Source: an uncultured Christensenella sp. | GTDB lineage: Bacteria > Bacillota > Clostridia > Christensenellales > UBA1242 | Assembly: GCA_949290565.1 (NCBI GenBank) | Contig: CASESH010000002.1 | Location: forward strand, 928 to 64,927 | Direction: 5' to 3' | DNA: 64,000 bases | Shown here: piece after piece, positions 60,971 through 64,000 of the stretch | Layout of the letters: each line of letters starts with the position of its first letter | Position numbering within the stretch: position 1 is the first letter of the stretch | Translations under genes and position numbers: made by a program | Notes under the pieces: generated by a model | Told to the model about the DNA's origin: nothing | Seen by the model: only the letters and a program-made list of their open reading frames with translations | Databases searched by the model: none

Positions 60971-63595
60971 ATGAAAAAATTTTACCAATTATCAGGTCAA
61001 GAAACATTGACTAAATTAAATAGTTCAGTAAACGGCTTAACTAATGTTGAGGCAAATATTAGACTTGAAAGAGACGGAAAAAATATTTTAGAAGAAAAAC
61101 ATAGAAGAAGTGCTATTAAAATATTTTTTAATCAATTTGCAAATATGATGATTTTACTTTTGATATTAGTAGGTTTTGTATCTCTTTTTTATTCAATTTA
61201 CAACGGAGAAAGTCTAATTGAAGCCATTGTTATTTTAGGTTGCGTTTTAGTTAACGCCTTGATGGGGTTTAGTCAAGAATTAAAAAGCGAAAATGCTATT
61301 GAAGCCTTAAAAGATTTAACAGAGTCTAAAATAAAAGTCAAAAGAGACGGCGTCTTTATTGAAATTGACACCGAGCAAATTGTAGTTGGAGATGTATTAC
61401 TATTAAACGCAGGAGATAAAGTTCCGGCTGATTGTAGAATTTTAACTTGTGTTAATGCCAAAGTTGATGAATCTATCTTAACAGGAGAAAGCCTTGCAGT
61501 TGAAAAACAAGTTGATTCAATTAAAAAGGAAGTTTTATTGCAAGATAGAATAAATATGCTTTTTAGTGGTACAAGTCTTGTAAATGGTAAGATAGAGGCA
61601 GTAGTTGTTTCTACCGGAATGAATACTGAAATTGGAGCAATAGCAAACAGTTTAACAAAGAAAGATGAAACTTTAACTCCATTGCAGGTAAAGGTAAAAA
61701 AGGTTAGTTCATTTATAACTTTTATTGCTTGTATTTTGATTGCACTTACTCTTGTTTATGGTATAGTTCAAAAATTGGAAGCGCTTTCAATAATAATGTT
61801 ATGTATATCTATGATTTTAGCGGCCGTTCCTGAGGTTTTACCTGTTTCGATTACAGCAACGCTTACTATTGGTGTTCAGCAAATGTCAAAAAGGCGCACT
61901 ATTGTTAAACAACTTTCTGCCATTGAAACCTTAGGATGTTGTCAAATTGTTTGTTCTGATAAAACCGGGACTATTACCACTAACGAAATGACTGTTGTGG
62001 AATTATTTACAAATGGTAAAATTTATAGAGATGTAAAGAGTTTTAACAATGAAAATAAAATGTTTTATAATGTTTTTGCCCTATGTAACGACAGTCAAAA
62101 AGATATAAAAAATAAAGGTAATTTTATTGGAGACCCCGTAGAAATTGCTCTTAGTAAATACTTGTATAATCTCAGCATAAACGTTGATGAGCAAAGAGAA
62201 AAATATAAGAGGGTTGGAGAAATACCTTTTGATTCAACTCGAAAAATGATGAGTACAATCAATAAAGTTGACAATGAGTTGTATATGTTTACCAAAGGAA
62301 GCCTTGGAGATTTACTTACAAAATGTTCAAGAGTTTATAAAAATGGTTTAGAATATAATTTAACTCAAAGCATTAAGAACAAGTTTTTACATAAAGAAAA
62401 ATTAATGAGTAAAAAGTCTTATAAAGTATTAGCATTTGCGTATAAGAAAATTGATTCTAAGAAAAAATACGGGAATGAAGATGAAGATGATTTAGTTCTC
62501 CTTGGAATAGCAGGAATGATTGACCCTCCAAAAGACGGAGTAAAAGAGGCTGTTAAAAAGTGTATAGAAGCAAAAATGAAACCAATTATGATTACAGGGG
62601 ACAGTTTGCAAACGGCGTTTTCCATAGCAAAAGAAGTAGGAATTTTAACCTCTAAAAGTCAAGGTGTAGAGGGTAAGGAAATAAATAATTTAACTGATGA
62701 TGAACTTGTAAGTTTTGTAAAAAAATATACTGTTTTTGCAAGAGTTACTCCTGAACATAAAGTGAGAATAGTAAGGGCTTTTCAACAAAGTGGAAAGGTT
62801 GTTGCTATGACGGGAGATGGAGTAAATGATGCTCCGGCGTTAAAACTTGCTCATGTCGGTATTGGTATGGGTAAAGCAGGGACTGATGTTACTAAAAATG
62901 TTGCAGACATAATTTTGATGGACGATAGTTTTTCAACGATAATTACAGCAGTTGAAGAAGGTAGAAGAATTTATAATAATGTATTAAGAACAATTCTTTA
63001 TAATTTGTCTAGTAATTTTGCAGAAATCTTTTTAATATTATTTGGAATGATTATAACAAAAAATATTATTTTACCTTTACATATTTTGTATATTGATATT
63101 GTAGCAGATACATTGCCTTCCATAGCACTTGCGTTTGAAAAAGACAATAAAGATAGTATGAAACAAAAACCGTTTGGTTTAAATAGACAAATTTTTACTC
63201 CGTTTATGATTTGTTCTATAATTGTTACAGCGCTCATTGAAGCATTAATTTCTCTTGGGATTTTCTTTATTGCAGAAGATATGTTTAATTTACAAGTGGC
63301 ACAAACGCTTGCTTTACTTTCGGTTGTTTTTGGAGAATTTACATTCACTTATAATTGTAAGGAATTAAAAACATTTACCTTCAAAAAAGGCTTGTTTGGA
63401 AACAAATTTATCAATTTATCTATTTTAGGGCTTATGGTTGTTCAAGTCGTTGTTTTCTTTACTCCTGTGGGAACTATTTTTGGACTTGCACCTATTAGTT
63501 TTGTACAATTCTTAGTTGTGTTTTTAGCAAATGTATTAGGCTTTTTATTAATAGAATTAGCAAAACCTATTATGGCAAAAACTTGTAAAGATTAG
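60971..63595 (+). CDS. P2A-type cation-transporting P-type ATPase
   Basis: TGES, AVPEVLP, CSDKTGT, MIDPP and TGDGVND. Confidence 0.94.
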   Translation: MKKFYQLSGQETLTKLNSSVNGLTNVEANIRLERDGKNILEEKHRRSAIKIFFNQFANMMILLLILVGFVSLFYSIYNGESLIEAIVILGCVLVNALMGFSQELKSENAIEALKDLTESKIKVKRDGVFIEIDTEQIVVGDVLLLNAGDKVPADCRILTCVNAKVDESILTGESLAVEKQVDSIKKEVLLQDRINMLFSGTSLVNGKIEAVVVSTGMNTEIGAIANSLTKKDETLTPLQVKVKKVSSFITFIACILIALTLVYGIVQKLEALSIIMLCISMILAAVPEVLPVSITATLTIGVQQMSKRRTIVKQLSAIETLGCCQIVCSDKTGTITTNEMTVVELFTNGKIYRDVKSFNNENKMFYNVFALCNDSQKDIKNKGNFIGDPVEIALSKYLYNLSINVDEQREKYKRVGEIPFDSTRKMMSTINKVDNELYMFTKGSLGDLLTKCSRVYKNGLEYNLTQSIKNKFLHKEKLMSKKSYKVLAFAYKKIDSKKKYGNEDEDDLVLLGIAGMIDPPKDGVKEAVKKCIEAKMKPIMITGDSLQTAFSIAKEVGILTSKSQGVEGKEINNLTDDELVSFVKKYTVFARVTPEHKVRIVRAFQQSGKVVAMTGDGVNDAPALKLAHVGIGMGKAGTDVTKNVADIILMDDSFSTIITAVEEGRRIYNNVLRTILYNLSSNFAEIFLILFGMIITKNIILPLHILYIDIVADTLPSIALAFEKDNKDSMKQKPFGLNRQIFTPFMICSIIVTALIEALISLGIFFIAEDMFNLQVAQTLALLSVVFGEFTFTYNCKELKTFTFKKGLFGNKFINLSILGLMVVQVVVFFTPVGTIFGLAPISFVQFLVVFLANVLGFLLIELAKPIMAKTCKD

Positions 63596-63670
63596 TATAA
63601 ATTTGTATAAGTTTCTACTAATTTGACTAAATATGTAACTTTTATTATAATACTTTTGTTAGAGGATAAA

Positions 63671-64000
63671 ATGTCTAAAAACAAGAGTATTATAATAATT
63701 TTTTTTATTTTTATCTTAACTCTTTTGTTAATAAGTTTACAAGATAGGGAGAAATCATTAACTGTTCATTTTGATTCAAATGGTGGCAGTTCTTGTAGTT
63801 CTGTTGTTTTTGTTGAAGGGCAAGAATTTATTTTTCCAGAAGAACCTACACGAAAAAATTTTGTTTTTGAAGGCTGGTACTTAGACAACAATACTTTTAA
63901 TCAAAAGTTTGATACAAATTATTTAATAAGTTTAGATTTAAATAAATCTATGAAAATAAAAGTATATGCAAAATGGAGTTTTTGTGCAGAGATAAATTTT
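63671..64000 (+). CDS. partial: InlB B-repeat (Listeria-Bacteroides repeat) surface protein, runs off the window
   Basis: Signal/TM then VHFDSNGGS...PEEPTRKNFVFEGWY...VYAKW. Confidence 0.8.
   Translation, partial: MSKNKSIIIIFFIFILTLLLISLQDREKSLTVHFDSNGGSSCSSVVFVEGQEFIFPEEPTRKNFVFEGWYLDNNTFNQKFDTNYLISLDLNKSMKIKVYAKWSFCAEINF

Noticed and set aside
1965-63348. Many short ORF-track entries antisense to or nested within long genes (e.g. 1965..2264, 3543..3875, 4689..5060, 14023..14364, 18084..18368, 62998..63348)
   Set aside because: Shadow frames of well-supported genes, with no RBS or family motifs.

Overview
Very AT-rich chromosomal window (roughly three-quarters A+T by eye) from a spore-forming Bacillota/Clostridia-like bacterium using the standard code. 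Housekeeping genes: pyk, greA, rsmD, valS, argS, cysS, alaS, dnaB, tcdA, ddh, a divergent thyX, three P-type ATPases, two rubrerythrins and a split aconitase X. Late-sporulation genes: dpaAB and a collagen-like exosporium protein, both with sigma-K-like promoters. There are also five isolated tRNAs, three pseudogenes and many orphan membrane or secreted proteins. No intact mobile element, rRNA or CRISPR array was found. The main unexplained signal is a family of seven 77-97 bp intergenic elements (E1-E7). They share little primary sequence, yet each folds into the same near-perfect four-way junction: a GC-richer closing stem enclosing three abutting hairpins. Each lies 8-40 bp after a stop codon, and both orientations occur. 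Other highlights: a P4-less SAM-I-like riboswitch variant upstream of an 83-aa orphan, an orphan phage-tail-like gene beside tRNA-fMet, a tRNA-Lys 3'-end duplication that truncates an FtsH-like pseudogene, a degenerate DHFR-like gene, and several apparently leaderless genes. All calls are by-eye motif recognition, with no database searches.
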